Of a stretch of DNA of 64,000 nt, positions 56,700-64,000 are shown piece by piece; position 1 is the stretch's first letter; the number at the start of each line of letters is the position of its first letter. The position numbers were made by a program, and so were the translations under genes. The notes beneath the pieces were generated by a model, which ran no database searches, was not told where the DNA came from, and was given only the letters and a program-made list of their open reading frames with translations. Origin of the DNA: an uncultured virus (IMG/VR IMGVR_UViG_3300042447_001246) (taxonomy: Duplodnaviria; Heunggongvirae; Uroviricota; Caudoviricetes). The stretch lies in the IMG/VR virus record IMGVR_UViG_3300042447_001246. The stretch is one strand, 5' to 3'.

Positions 56700-57470
56700 A
56701 TGAGCAAAGTTGCATGGAATTACATCGTCCCTGTAGTGCTTCCAAAAGACCTTAAAGGAATTGAGCCAGGGAAGCTTCCAGCCAACCTTTTGAGGGCTGT
56801 TCCCGGCGGCGGCAAGATGCATTGGATTGCTGCATCGGCATGGACTGCTATGGTCGAAAAGGCAAAGGCTGAAGGCGTTGAGCTAAAACCGACTTCCAGC
56901 GGCGACACATATAGAGATTACGAGACCCAGAAAAAAGGATTTCTCACCCGCTACACACTTGACAAAGTGGACGGAACCAGCACTAAAACCTTTGAAGGCA
57001 AGACTTGGTATCTCAAGAAAGGTATGGCGATGCTTGCCACGCCTGGTAAATCGCAGCATAACCTCGGTTTGGCCTGTGACGTTCATTCCGCGTCTGAGCC
57101 AAAGCGCCTCAACTGGCTTATTGCGAATGTCAAAGAGTTTGGCTTCTCATGGGAAGTAGTTCCATCTGAGCCATGGCATCTTCGCTATGTTTCCGGAGAC
57201 AATGTTCCAGCCTCTGTAAAGGCATGGATGGACGCCAACGGAGTTACCGCACCAGCAGCAGGCGGAGCGCCAGTCGTAACACCTGCAGCAGGCGGCAATG
57301 ACATCAGCAAGCTCCAAGAGGCACTTAAAGCTAAGGGTTTCTATAAAGGCGCTATCAATGGTCAAAAAGATGTCGCAACCGACGCTGCGGTAAAAGCTTT
57401 CAAAGTAGCAAACAAGCTTGCTGCTGACTCTGTAGTTGGTCCAAAAGTAAAAGAACTGCTCGGACTCTAA
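56700..57470 (+). CDS. Endolysin: M15 (VanY-like) Zn peptidase plus peptidoglycan-binding domain
   Basis: 'YR.Y..Q', 'ATPGKSQHNLGLACD' and 'EPWH.RY'. C-terminal 'LQEALKAKGFY.G.I.G....T..AVKAF.....L.AD.VVGP'. Confidence 0.85.
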   Translation: MSKVAWNYIVPVVLPKDLKGIEPGKLPANLLRAVPGGGKMHWIAASAWTAMVEKAKAEGVELKPTSSGDTYRDYETQKKGFLTRYTLDKVDGTSTKTFEGKTWYLKKGMAMLATPGKSQHNLGLACDVHSASEPKRLNWLIANVKEFGFSWEVVPSEPWHLRYVSGDNVPASVKAWMDANGVTAPAAGGAPVVTPAAGGNDISKLQEALKAKGFYKGAINGQKDVATDAAVKAFKVANKLAADSVVGPKVKELLGL

Positions 57471-57475
57471 TAGTC

Positions 57476-57724
57476 ATGACCGAGATAATCGTCGCCCTTG
57501 TTGGTGTTATTGGACTTATAGCCGTAGCGCTCATTGAAAAAGACCGTCGTTCATCAAAGATTATGTGGGAAGAAAACAAGGCAGACCATAACTACGTTGT
57601 CGAGAAGATTGAAACTCTTGGCAAAAGTCTTGGACGCTCAATTGATAAAACCAATAAATCACTCGACAGGGTGGAAGACAAACTCGACACACACATTCGC
57701 GACCACGCAATAGGAGACCTCTAA
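57476..57724 (+). CDS. Small membrane protein (lysis-cassette associated)
   Basis: N-terminal TM plus coiled coil ending 'LDTHIRDH'. Directly follows the endolysin. Confidence 0.6.
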   Translation: MTEIIVALVGVIGLIAVALIEKDRRSSKIMWEENKADHNYVVEKIETLGKSLGRSIDKTNKSLDRVEDKLDTHIRDHAIGDL

Positions 57725-57957
57725 TGGCAAGTGGAAAGCCAGCTAAAAGAAACGTATCAAACACTGTCGTTTCAACACCAAAAATTGACGATGGCCAAAA
57801 CGTACTTTACGTTGGCGCCGGTAAATCTGTGTTTCATAAATGCCCTGTTTGCAGTAAGTCAACAGGCAAGGGAATGGTGAGAGAATACAAAAGCGAACTT
57901 TTCTGCTCTCGCGGTTGTGTTGTCTCTCATAAATCAAAGACTGAAGTTTCCGTATGA
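57724..57957 (+). CDS. Small Zn-finger protein
   Basis: CPVC...FCSRGC. Confidence 0.6.
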   Translation: MASGKPAKRNVSNTVVSTPKIDDGQNVLYVGAGKSVFHKCPVCSKSTGKGMVREYKSELFCSRGCVVSHKSKTEVSV

Positions 57958-58226
57958 AAAAGGACTTACTCGTAAATGTCTTACTTAGAATTCTTGCTAC
58001 TTTCGCCGCATCTGGTCTTGGCGTTATCGGCGCAGGAACTATCGCTGGTGTTCCAGTACTCAAAGCTGTCTTCATGGCTGGAATTGCAGGGGTTGCAGTC
58101 GTAGTTGAAGGACTCTCACGCGCATTCCTCGAAGATGGAAAACTTTCAAGTTCTGAAATCAATGATGTGTTCAACAAGGTTGACAAAAAAGCACCAGCGA
58201 AAGCAAAGGAAAATAATGCCCGGTAG
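57954..58226 (+). CDS. Small two-TM membrane protein, possible holin
   Basis: Two hydrophobic helices and a charged C-terminus. Confidence 0.55.
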   Translation: MKKDLLVNVLLRILATFAASGLGVIGAGTIAGVPVLKAVFMAGIAGVAVVVEGLSRAFLEDGKLSSSEINDVFNKVDKKAPAKAKENNAR

Positions 58227-58341
58227 CCACGAAAAGTCTGAGTGCCAATGTGCACATTGCGGTTGTGAAACTTGGTGCATGAACGATTGTCCTTGCACCG
58301 AATTAATGGGTGCCAGTGCATGCACAAGTCAACACGATTAA
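58216..58341 (+). CDS. Metallothionein-like 41-aa Cys/His-rich peptide
   Basis: AAGGA RBS at 58206-58210. Sequence MPGSHEKSECQCAHCGCETWCMNDCPCTELMGASACTSQHD has 8 Cys and 3 His. Confidence 0.5.
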   Translation: MPGSHEKSECQCAHCGCETWCMNDCPCTELMGASACTSQHD

Positions 58342-58553
58342 TTAAACTGCTTCCAATCATGCTGATTGCAGTTTCAGCCTGCGGCTATGATGGAAAGTAT
58401 CGTTATCCATGCCAAGACCCAGAAAATTGGGGCAAAAGTGAATGTGAGCCACCAGAATGCAAGGTAGATGGAGCGTGCACAGAGACGCTGCTTGGATGGG
58501 ACCCAAGCGCAGAGGTAACAGAAACTACAACAGGAGAGGTAGTCGCCCCATGA
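58320..58553 (+). CDS. Small Cys-rich lipoprotein
   Basis: Signal/lipobox 'LLPIMLIAVSAC', then 'RYPCQDPENW...C.PP.C...G.C'. Confidence 0.65.
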   Translation: MHKSTRLIKLLPIMLIAVSACGYDGKYRYPCQDPENWGKSECEPPECKVDGACTETLLGWDPSAEVTETTTGEVVAP

Positions 58554-58831
58554 GACCACGCCTAACACCAGCCGAACTAGATGCTCGCCTTAAGTTTGTT
58601 ATTGGCTGCATGCTTGGATTTGTTCTCCTCATAACAACCGTTGGAGTCCTCTGGGCACTTGTATTCGTGACACAGCCAATTGGTGCTCAAGCCGAAAACG
58701 ACAAGATGTTCTTTGGGGTCCTGTCCTCGGTTGCAACATTTATCACCGGAACTTTGGCTGGATTGATGATTTCAACAGGTCGTAATGCAGAAGACAAAAA
58801 CGGTAACGGGATTCCAGACAGCGAAGAGTAA
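58550..58831 (+). CDS. Two-TM membrane protein
   Basis: Starts MRPRLTPAELDARLKF by ATGA coupling. Two TM helices. Confidence 0.65.
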   Translation: MRPRLTPAELDARLKFVIGCMLGFVLLITTVGVLWALVFVTQPIGAQAENDKMFFGVLSSVATFITGTLAGLMISTGRNAEDKNGNGIPDSEE

Positions 58832-58834
58832 ATA

Positions 58835-59437
58835 GTGTCTTTACACGAATTGGGTCTGAAACATGGAACCGATAAATCGACGTTCCATAAGTACATGGAG
58901 TTCTACGAAAAGCACATTCCAAAGAATGAGATAAAAACATTCCTTGAGATAGGCGTCCAAGGTGGATTCTCGCTCCGCACATGGAGAGAGTGGTTTAATG
59001 ATGATTGTGAAATTGAGGGTTGGGACATAAACCCTCTTATACACATACCTGGATGTACCGTAAAGATAGTCGACCAGGCTGAAAGAAAACAAATAAAATC
59101 AAGTTCTAGAGATTTCTATGACCTCATTATTGATGATGGAGGTCATACCCCAGAACAGATGCAGACGTCATTTTCTGTCCTCTTCCCTAAATGTAAGTAC
59201 TTCATAATTGAGGACCTCCACGCGCCTTGGTGTGGAAGCGAGTTCATGCCAGAAGGCGAAGAGAACACCGTCGACCTGATAGAACGGATACCAATGTGGA
59301 GCTCCAAGCACTCAACCAAAGAAGAATCTGATTACATAAATCAGAATGCTGAAGTTGTTGAGCTGTATATCCAAGGGGAAAGACACCACCCACAATCAAT
59401 GACGGTATTCATAAAAAATAGACAAAACCTCGAATAG
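58835..59437 (+). CDS. SAM-dependent O-methyltransferase-like protein
   Basis: 'GTDK...H.Y...Y', 'LEIGVQGG', 'DLIIDDGGH' and 'IIEDL'. Confidence 0.75.
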   Translation: MSLHELGLKHGTDKSTFHKYMEFYEKHIPKNEIKTFLEIGVQGGFSLRTWREWFNDDCEIEGWDINPLIHIPGCTVKIVDQAERKQIKSSSRDFYDLIIDDGGHTPEQMQTSFSVLFPKCKYFIIEDLHAPWCGSEFMPEGEENTVDLIERIPMWSSKHSTKEESDYINQNAEVVELYIQGERHHPQSMTVFIKNRQNLE

Positions 59438-59475
59438 GGGCTAGGATAGACTTAGTCTTTAATAAAAGGGGGATA

Positions 59476-59652
59476 ATGCCAGTAAAAGGTGGATATCAGG
59501 CTCGCAAGGACTATGAGCGAGAAAGAAAGAATCGTAAGCGCATAGAGGCCTACATGCTGCTCCCCGAGCCAGAGCGCTCCAAAAAGCTGGAGGCAAACGC
59601 CAGACGCAGAGCATACCAGATGAGATGGACTCAGGAAAAAACCTACTTTTAA
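59476..59652 (+). CDS. Small basic hypothetical protein (58 aa, below the ORF-track cutoff)
   Basis: AGGGGGA RBS. Sequence MPVKGGYQARKDYERERKNRKRIEAYMLLPEPERSKKLEANARRRAYQMRWTQEKTYF. Confidence 0.55.
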   Translation: MPVKGGYQARKDYERERKNRKRIEAYMLLPEPERSKKLEANARRRAYQMRWTQEKTYF

Positions 59653-59740
59653 GCCATACCCTACTCACCTGAAAATGGTGGTAATTTCTTTGTGTACACC
59701 ACCTGCTTTGGGATGGGCGAGTTTTTTCAGATTTATCCAA

Positions 59741-60076
59741 ATGGCTTCAAACAATAACGCTGACATGCTCTGGCATGATGATGGGCACTCTATAGAGCTG
59801 CGCATAAACAGGTCAGAATTAGAAGTTCTTTCCATAAAGTGTCCAAAGACCGATGACCGCAAATGCGCATCAGAAGACCACGACTGCGTTGTTGAGTATT
59901 ACATACAGCGATTTGGCATGGAATGCAATGCTGGGGTGTGTCCTGCTTCAGAGAACATCCCAATCTGCTGGACGCTTCTCGGAGACCAAAGAAACCTTGA
60001 CCTAGCTCAAGTCTGGTTCATGCCGAAAACTGACGAACTATTTTCCGCCTGGCTCATTGCCACAAAAAACCCTTAA
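59741..60076 (+). CDS. Hypothetical Cys-containing protein
   Basis: ORF with the start taken at MASNN. Confidence 0.55.
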   Translation: MASNNNADMLWHDDGHSIELRINRSELEVLSIKCPKTDDRKCASEDHDCVVEYYIQRFGMECNAGVCPASENIPICWTLLGDQRNLDLAQVWFMPKTDELFSAWLIATKNP

Positions 60077-60531
60077 AAAGGTTCGTCCTCTTTTTGCTCC
60101 GGAGCTGAGGCTTCCTTCTTTTTCGGCTTTCGAAGGGCCGATATTGCATCAAAAAACTTGCGTATATCAGGGTGTTTTAAGACCTCTTCTTCATTGACTT
60201 TGTAAATATTTTGTCGGTTGACTTTTGTCTTTGTAATTAACCCTGATGCAATAAGGGATTTAACCGTTTTGTCAATCATTGTCTCACTCAGGTCAAGGTA
60301 AACGGAAATTGCTCGCTGAGTTAATTTTGGGTCTTCGCTTAATACAACGAGAACACGACCAGCCGTTGACAAGAGACTAATCACGTCGTCGTTGTGGTAT
60401 CTGAACACTTTCTGTTTATCAAGGGCACGCATGACCGCTTCCACGGCATCTTCATCTGAATCAGATTGGTTCACGCCAAGGGCAGCTTGAATGGCCTTTT
60501 TGACCTCATCTGCCCGGTTGTCGTTTTTCAT
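60073..60531 (-). CDS. Winged-helix (MarR-like) DNA-binding protein
   Basis: 'RVLVVLSEDPKLTQRAISVYLDLSETMIDKTVKSLIASGLITK..RQNIY.V'. Confidence 0.75.
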   Translation of the reverse strand: MKNDNRADEVKKAIQAALGVNQSDSDEDAVEAVMRALDKQKVFRYHNDDVISLLSTAGRVLVVLSEDPKLTQRAISVYLDLSETMIDKTVKSLIASGLITKTKVNRQNIYKVNEEEVLKHPDIRKFFDAISALRKPKKKEASAPEQKEDEPF

Positions 60532-60663
60532 AAAATCTGCCTAGGTGTACCTGTTATTTAAATCACAATGGTGTAGTATCTCTGATGGGTCACTGATACC
60601 GCACTTGCGGTCTTGGTGAGCGGAACTCACAAGACCTACAACTTAGGAGATTAGCAGGTAAAT

Positions 60664-60942
60664 ATGCCACTCAAAGACACACTCAAATTAATCGCGGATA
60701 AATCCGGAATGGGCTCGATGTGCAAGTTTGGGAGGATTTACTCCGACATGGACGCAGAGACTAAAGACGCCCTACGCAGCGCCATGACGAGTAGCGCGTC
60801 GACTATGGATATCTGCAGAGCCCTAAATGATGACGGAATCAAAATCCGTAGAGAATTCTTAGGGGAGAAAAGAAAGTGCTTCTCATCAATTTCAGCAGCA
60901 TCAAATTGTTGCCTCAACTCAGAAAGTAACGCACCAAAATGA
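60664..60942 (+). CDS. Hypothetical protein
   Basis: 92-aa ORF coupled to the phosphoesterase gene. Confidence 0.6.
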   Translation: MPLKDTLKLIADKSGMGSMCKFGRIYSDMDAETKDALRSAMTSSASTMDICRALNDDGIKIRREFLGEKRKCFSSISAASNCCLNSESNAPK

Positions 60943-62153
60943 CAACAAAAAAGCCAAAATCGAGCATTGCAAAACTGGCTGAAACACAGCGAAAAAACGA
61001 CTCAAATTCAGCCCTTGCTGCACAGTTGGCTGATTTGATAATGAAGAACAATATTGACCTTGATGAAATTGGCAATATTCAGAAAGTATCGATTAGGCAC
61101 AATATCGGTCCTGACAAGAATGGCGTTCCACAGGGGAAGACAACTACAAGCATTCAGTTGTCACCAAAGTGGGATACTGGCCCAGAATGGCCTTTAATTA
61201 CGCCAGCTCCAAGGCCTGCAAAACAACAACAAAAGTCAAATACAAAATCCAAGTCCATGAAGGGGTGGGAAACAGCTGTAATCGTCCCTGATATACAGTT
61301 CGGTTTCTACAAGACTGGAGTGGCTCATGATGCTCCAATTGCTGCAATTCATGATGACGAGGCTATCTCTGTAGCGCTTCAAGTAATCAAGGATGTGAAC
61401 CCTGACCAAGTCGTAATGGTTGGAGACAACCTAGATTTTGCTGAATTTGGCAAATATCTAACCGCACCTACGTTCAAGCAAATGATTCAGCCAGCAATCG
61501 ATAGGGCTGCCCAGTTCCTTGAGGACCTGCGCGAAGCGGCACCAAATGCCAAAATCACATGGATTCAAGGCAATCACGAGAAGCGTCTGCCGATGTATAT
61601 ACAGAGCAATGCCGAGGCTGCCTTTGGAATCACTAGAGGAAAGACCAAGCAATCTTCGCTCCGAGACAACTGGCCAGTGCTATCTCTCCCAGTTTTGCTT
61701 TGGATGGATGACCTTGACATTCAGTATCTGTCGGGTTATCCAGAAGCCGCCTATTACCTAAACTCAAATCTACGCATTGTCCACGGAGACAAGGTTGTTT
61801 CAAACGGAAGCACAACCAATAAATACCTGAACACAAACTCTGTTTCAGTGATTTACGGTCACATCCATAGAAATGAAATGGCATTTCAAACCAGAGAAAC
61901 CGACCAGGGTCCACGAACAATCATGGCGGCAAGCCCTGGATGTTTGTGCCGTATCGATGGCGCCGTACCTTCAGTTAAATCAGGACTAGATGAATTCGGT
62001 GTTCCTGTACTCCAAGGCGCAGAGAACTGGCAACAAGGCTTGGGTGTTGTCCAATACCAGCCAAGAGGCGTTGGAGGAGAGTACTTCAACTATGAGCCAA
62101 TGTGGATTTTCAAGGGCAGAGGGGTATTCAGAGGCCAGGAGTACGTTGCATAA
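60939..62153 (+). CDS. Calcineurin-like metallophosphoesterase
   Basis: 'PDIQ', 'GDNLD', 'GNHE', 'HGD' and 'GHIH' motifs. Confidence 0.85.
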   Translation: MTTKKPKSSIAKLAETQRKNDSNSALAAQLADLIMKNNIDLDEIGNIQKVSIRHNIGPDKNGVPQGKTTTSIQLSPKWDTGPEWPLITPAPRPAKQQQKSNTKSKSMKGWETAVIVPDIQFGFYKTGVAHDAPIAAIHDDEAISVALQVIKDVNPDQVVMVGDNLDFAEFGKYLTAPTFKQMIQPAIDRAAQFLEDLREAAPNAKITWIQGNHEKRLPMYIQSNAEAAFGITRGKTKQSSLRDNWPVLSLPVLLWMDDLDIQYLSGYPEAAYYLNSNLRIVHGDKVVSNGSTTNKYLNTNSVSVIYGHIHRNEMAFQTRETDQGPRTIMAASPGCLCRIDGAVPSVKSGLDEFGVPVLQGAENWQQGLGVVQYQPRGVGGEYFNYEPMWIFKGRGVFRGQEYVA

Positions 62154-62368
62154 TGGACGAAGAGGAACTTCAACGTAAAGTAATTAGCGAAACTCTTGAA
62201 GAGTGCGTGAAGCTTGGGTTGGTTGAAGTCGTCGGAATCAATGAGGCCGGGGAATGGTTGTATGGTGCAACGGAAAAAGGAATCAGGGTTCTAAACTCTG
62301 CTCAAGGATACAAGGCTGCCTATGAAGCAATTCTTGCCATGAGAGAAGATTACGAAGAAGAGGAATAA
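62153..62368 (+). CDS. Hypothetical protein
   Basis: Starts MDEEELQ by TAATG overlap with the upstream stop. Confidence 0.55.
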   Translation: MDEEELQRKVISETLEECVKLGLVEVVGINEAGEWLYGATEKGIRVLNSAQGYKAAYEAILAMREDYEEEE

Positions 62369-62373
62369 ACCCC

Positions 62374-62997
62374 ATGACAACGATTATCGGAATACAGGGA
62401 GATGGTTTCGCATTTGCATGCGTCGACTCCCAGATTTCTGATGTTGATGACAATGGGTACGCAACGCAGATAGCCACTCTCAGAGAGTCTTCATCAAAAC
62501 TCAGCTACAACGGCAGGTACTTGCTTGGAGCCGCAGGGGATGTAAGAGCGATAAACATTCTCCACCATGCCTTCAACCCTCCAGTTTGTCCACCGACTTT
62601 AAAGGGAAAGAAGCTCGACCACTTCGTTACAGTTAAATTTATCCCAGCCTTAAGGGAATGTTTTGAAACCCACGGGTACAACTCGCCACAGAACGAGAAT
62701 TCCGAGCATGTTGCTGAACACGGTTCAGTCATTTTCATGGCTATCAATGGCGTGATATACGTAATCGACGGAGACTACTCATGGATGTCGGATATGAATG
62801 GAGTCTATGCAATTGGGACTGGCGCGCAATATGCGCTAGGGGCGCTGCATGTCCTGATGCCAAAGACCAAGATGACTATGGCTGTCGCCAAGAAGATTGG
62901 AATCAAAGCCATAGTGACTGCCGCCAGGTTTGACCCATATACCGGCGCGCCGTACCACTCATTTACGACTGGGACCGAGAAGAAGCCAAGACCTTAG
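62374..62997 (+). CDS. Proteasome beta-subunit/HslV-like Ntn threonine protease
   Basis: N-terminal M-TTIIGI, 'DSQ', 'SK', 'GAAG', 'YAIGTGAQYALGAL' and 'D.YTG'. Confidence 0.8.
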   Translation: MTTIIGIQGDGFAFACVDSQISDVDDNGYATQIATLRESSSKLSYNGRYLLGAAGDVRAINILHHAFNPPVCPPTLKGKKLDHFVTVKFIPALRECFETHGYNSPQNENSEHVAEHGSVIFMAINGVIYVIDGDYSWMSDMNGVYAIGTGAQYALGALHVLMPKTKMTMAVAKKIGIKAIVTAARFDPYTGAPYHSFTTGTEKKPRP

Positions 62998-63400
62998 CAC
63001 AGGCTTTACAGCCTCTATTAGGACGACCATTTCTCATTTTCACCCTGGTGTTCTCTGCGGTGAATTCATGTCCACGCTTGCAGTGGGTCAGATTAGCCAG
63101 TTGATTACTGCCCCTCTCTGACCTTTGAACCCCTGCAGTGCTTGGGTCTGTAGCCAGCAAGTGTTCAGGATTGAGGCAACCAACATCGCCGCAGGTTCTG
63201 TATATGTTGTGGGAGTAGTCGATATCCCCAACATGCATAAGGTACGAGAGTCTATGGGCATGCATAGATGTCCCTTTCCACATGAACTTAGGATGTTCCT
63301 TGATTACATCTCCGTTTAGCTTCATGAAGTACCAACAAGAATCAGTTACTTTTATTCTCTTTTTGAACGCTGTCTGGATAGATTTATCCGGAGTTTTCAC
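62963..63400 (-). CDS. HNH endonuclease-like protein
   Basis: 'CW', 'AHRLSY', 'C....CLNPEHL' and C-terminal 'THCKRGHEFTAENT...R.CKAC'. Confidence 0.8.
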   Translation of the reverse strand: MKTPDKSIQTAFKKRIKVTDSCWYFMKLNGDVIKEHPKFMWKGTSMHAHRLSYLMHVGDIDYSHNIYRTCGDVGCLNPEHLLATDPSTAGVQRSERGSNQLANLTHCKRGHEFTAENTRVKMRNGRPNRGCKACAKVLASSRSQS

Positions 63401-63403
63401 TGA

Positions 63404-63730
63404 CTAGCTCCGGCTCCTCATGATTTCGGCTCTTGTCATAGCGTCTCCGAATACACCATTACTCATAGCTGCTCTCATGCGGCTTCCGCTAGAGCGCTCG
63501 TAAGTAGTGCTTGCTTCAGAGCGAGTGCCAATCTCTCCAGGCTTGCACGTCAAGCACTGCTTGTACTTTCGACCACTTCCCTTATTTAGAATACGAACAT
63601 TGTCATCTGAAAGCTCATGTCCTAACTTGCAGTGAGTTCGTTCGGCTCGTTCCTTAATCTGTCGTCCCATGTGATTTCCTTCCTTCGTAGGTATGCATAG
63701 ATTACACAAAGGAGAGGAACGAAGCAACAA
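63404..63730 (-). CDS. Small protein with an HNH-associated Zn-finger
   Basis: 'THCKLGHELSDDN....C.TC'. The true start may be the internal MGRQ. Confidence 0.5.
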   Translation of the reverse strand: MLLRSSPLCNLCIPTKEGNHMGRQIKERAERTHCKLGHELSDDNVRILNKGSGRKYKQCLTCKPGEIGTRSEASTTYERSSGSRMRAAMSNGVFGDAMTRAEIMRSRS

Positions 63731-63886
63731 TTGGAGGAAAGAAACGCCGCTTAATTTGCTGCCACGGGGTTAGCAAAAGCTGGGTAGTCCACTATACCTA
63801 GAAGGGAATAATAGATGTGCTTATATAGGGAGACGTAATTAATGAGAACTCAATAAAGGGTTCTTAAGAAAGATTGCCCAATTATA

Positions 63887-64000
63887 ATGCCCAAACAAAA
63901 AAAGGTAAATAAAACTACCCAACCAACAGAATTACCGTATATCCAAAGATTCGGTTGGTTTGAACTAGCAGCCTGTAAGAATAAGACCGCACTTATGTTT
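63887..64000 (+). CDS. whiB: WhiB-family transcription factor, 3'-truncated
   Basis: MPKQ...GWFELAACKNKTALMF matches the WhiB N-terminal W..xA.C......xF pattern. Only the first Cys is inside the window. Confidence 0.55.
   Translation, partial: MPKQKKVNKTTQPTELPYIQRFGWFELAACKNKTALMF

Noticed and set aside
57743..58360. 205-aa minus-strand ORF
   Set aside because: Antisense to a tightly coupled run of plus-strand genes, with no recognisable motifs.
60532..60663. Possible tRNA or structured ncRNA in intergenic gaps (also 63731-63886)
   Set aside because: I could not find a cloverleaf, a T-loop GTTC motif in the right context or a convincing long hairpin. These are more likely divergent promoter regions.
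1..64000. Alternative genetic code (stop-codon reassignment)
   Set aside because: Standard code 11 gives dense, full-length, tightly coupled genes ending in TAA, TAG and TGA.

Overview
This window is a segment of a large contractile-tailed (myovirus-type) dsDNA phage genome. The host is probably actinobacterial: there is a truncated WhiB-like gene at the right edge, an r1t-like holin, an M15-peptidase/PG-binding endolysin and several leaderless-type TAnnnT promoters. Layout: (1) 1-8.4 kb: baseplate/tail genes, ending in a fibre gene, an FN3 protein and two small partner genes. (2) 8.4-28.1 kb: a dense block of tailoring enzymes, with about 15 2OG-Fe(II) oxygenases, 3 DUF6065-like proteins, 2 sulfotransferases, a GT32 glycosyltransferase, a His-box desaturase, a methyltransferase-like protein, a glutathione-peroxidase-like protein and an NAD(P)-binding protein. 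(3) 28.1-45.6 kb: a minus-strand block of fibre/virion genes with two more FN3 proteins, a GNAT and a long His/Arg-patterned repeat protein. (4) 45.6-50.7 kb: a glycosylation operon. (5) 50.7-64 kb: a second GPx-like gene, a large membrane-anchored surface protein, lysis genes, a small metallothionein-like ORF, a metallophosphoesterase, a proteasome-beta/HslV-like gene, HNH genes and the WhiB start. The most striking feature is three paralogous FN3 proteins, each placed directly after a fibre gene and each ending in Pro/Phe tandem repeats ((PPFF)n or (PFF)n), two of them with a Cys-rich tail. They bracket the oxygenase/sulfotransferase/glycosyltransferase block. I infer, without proof, a phage-encoded post-translational tailoring system for virion tip proteins. 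All product calls come from motif recognition by eye; no database search was run.
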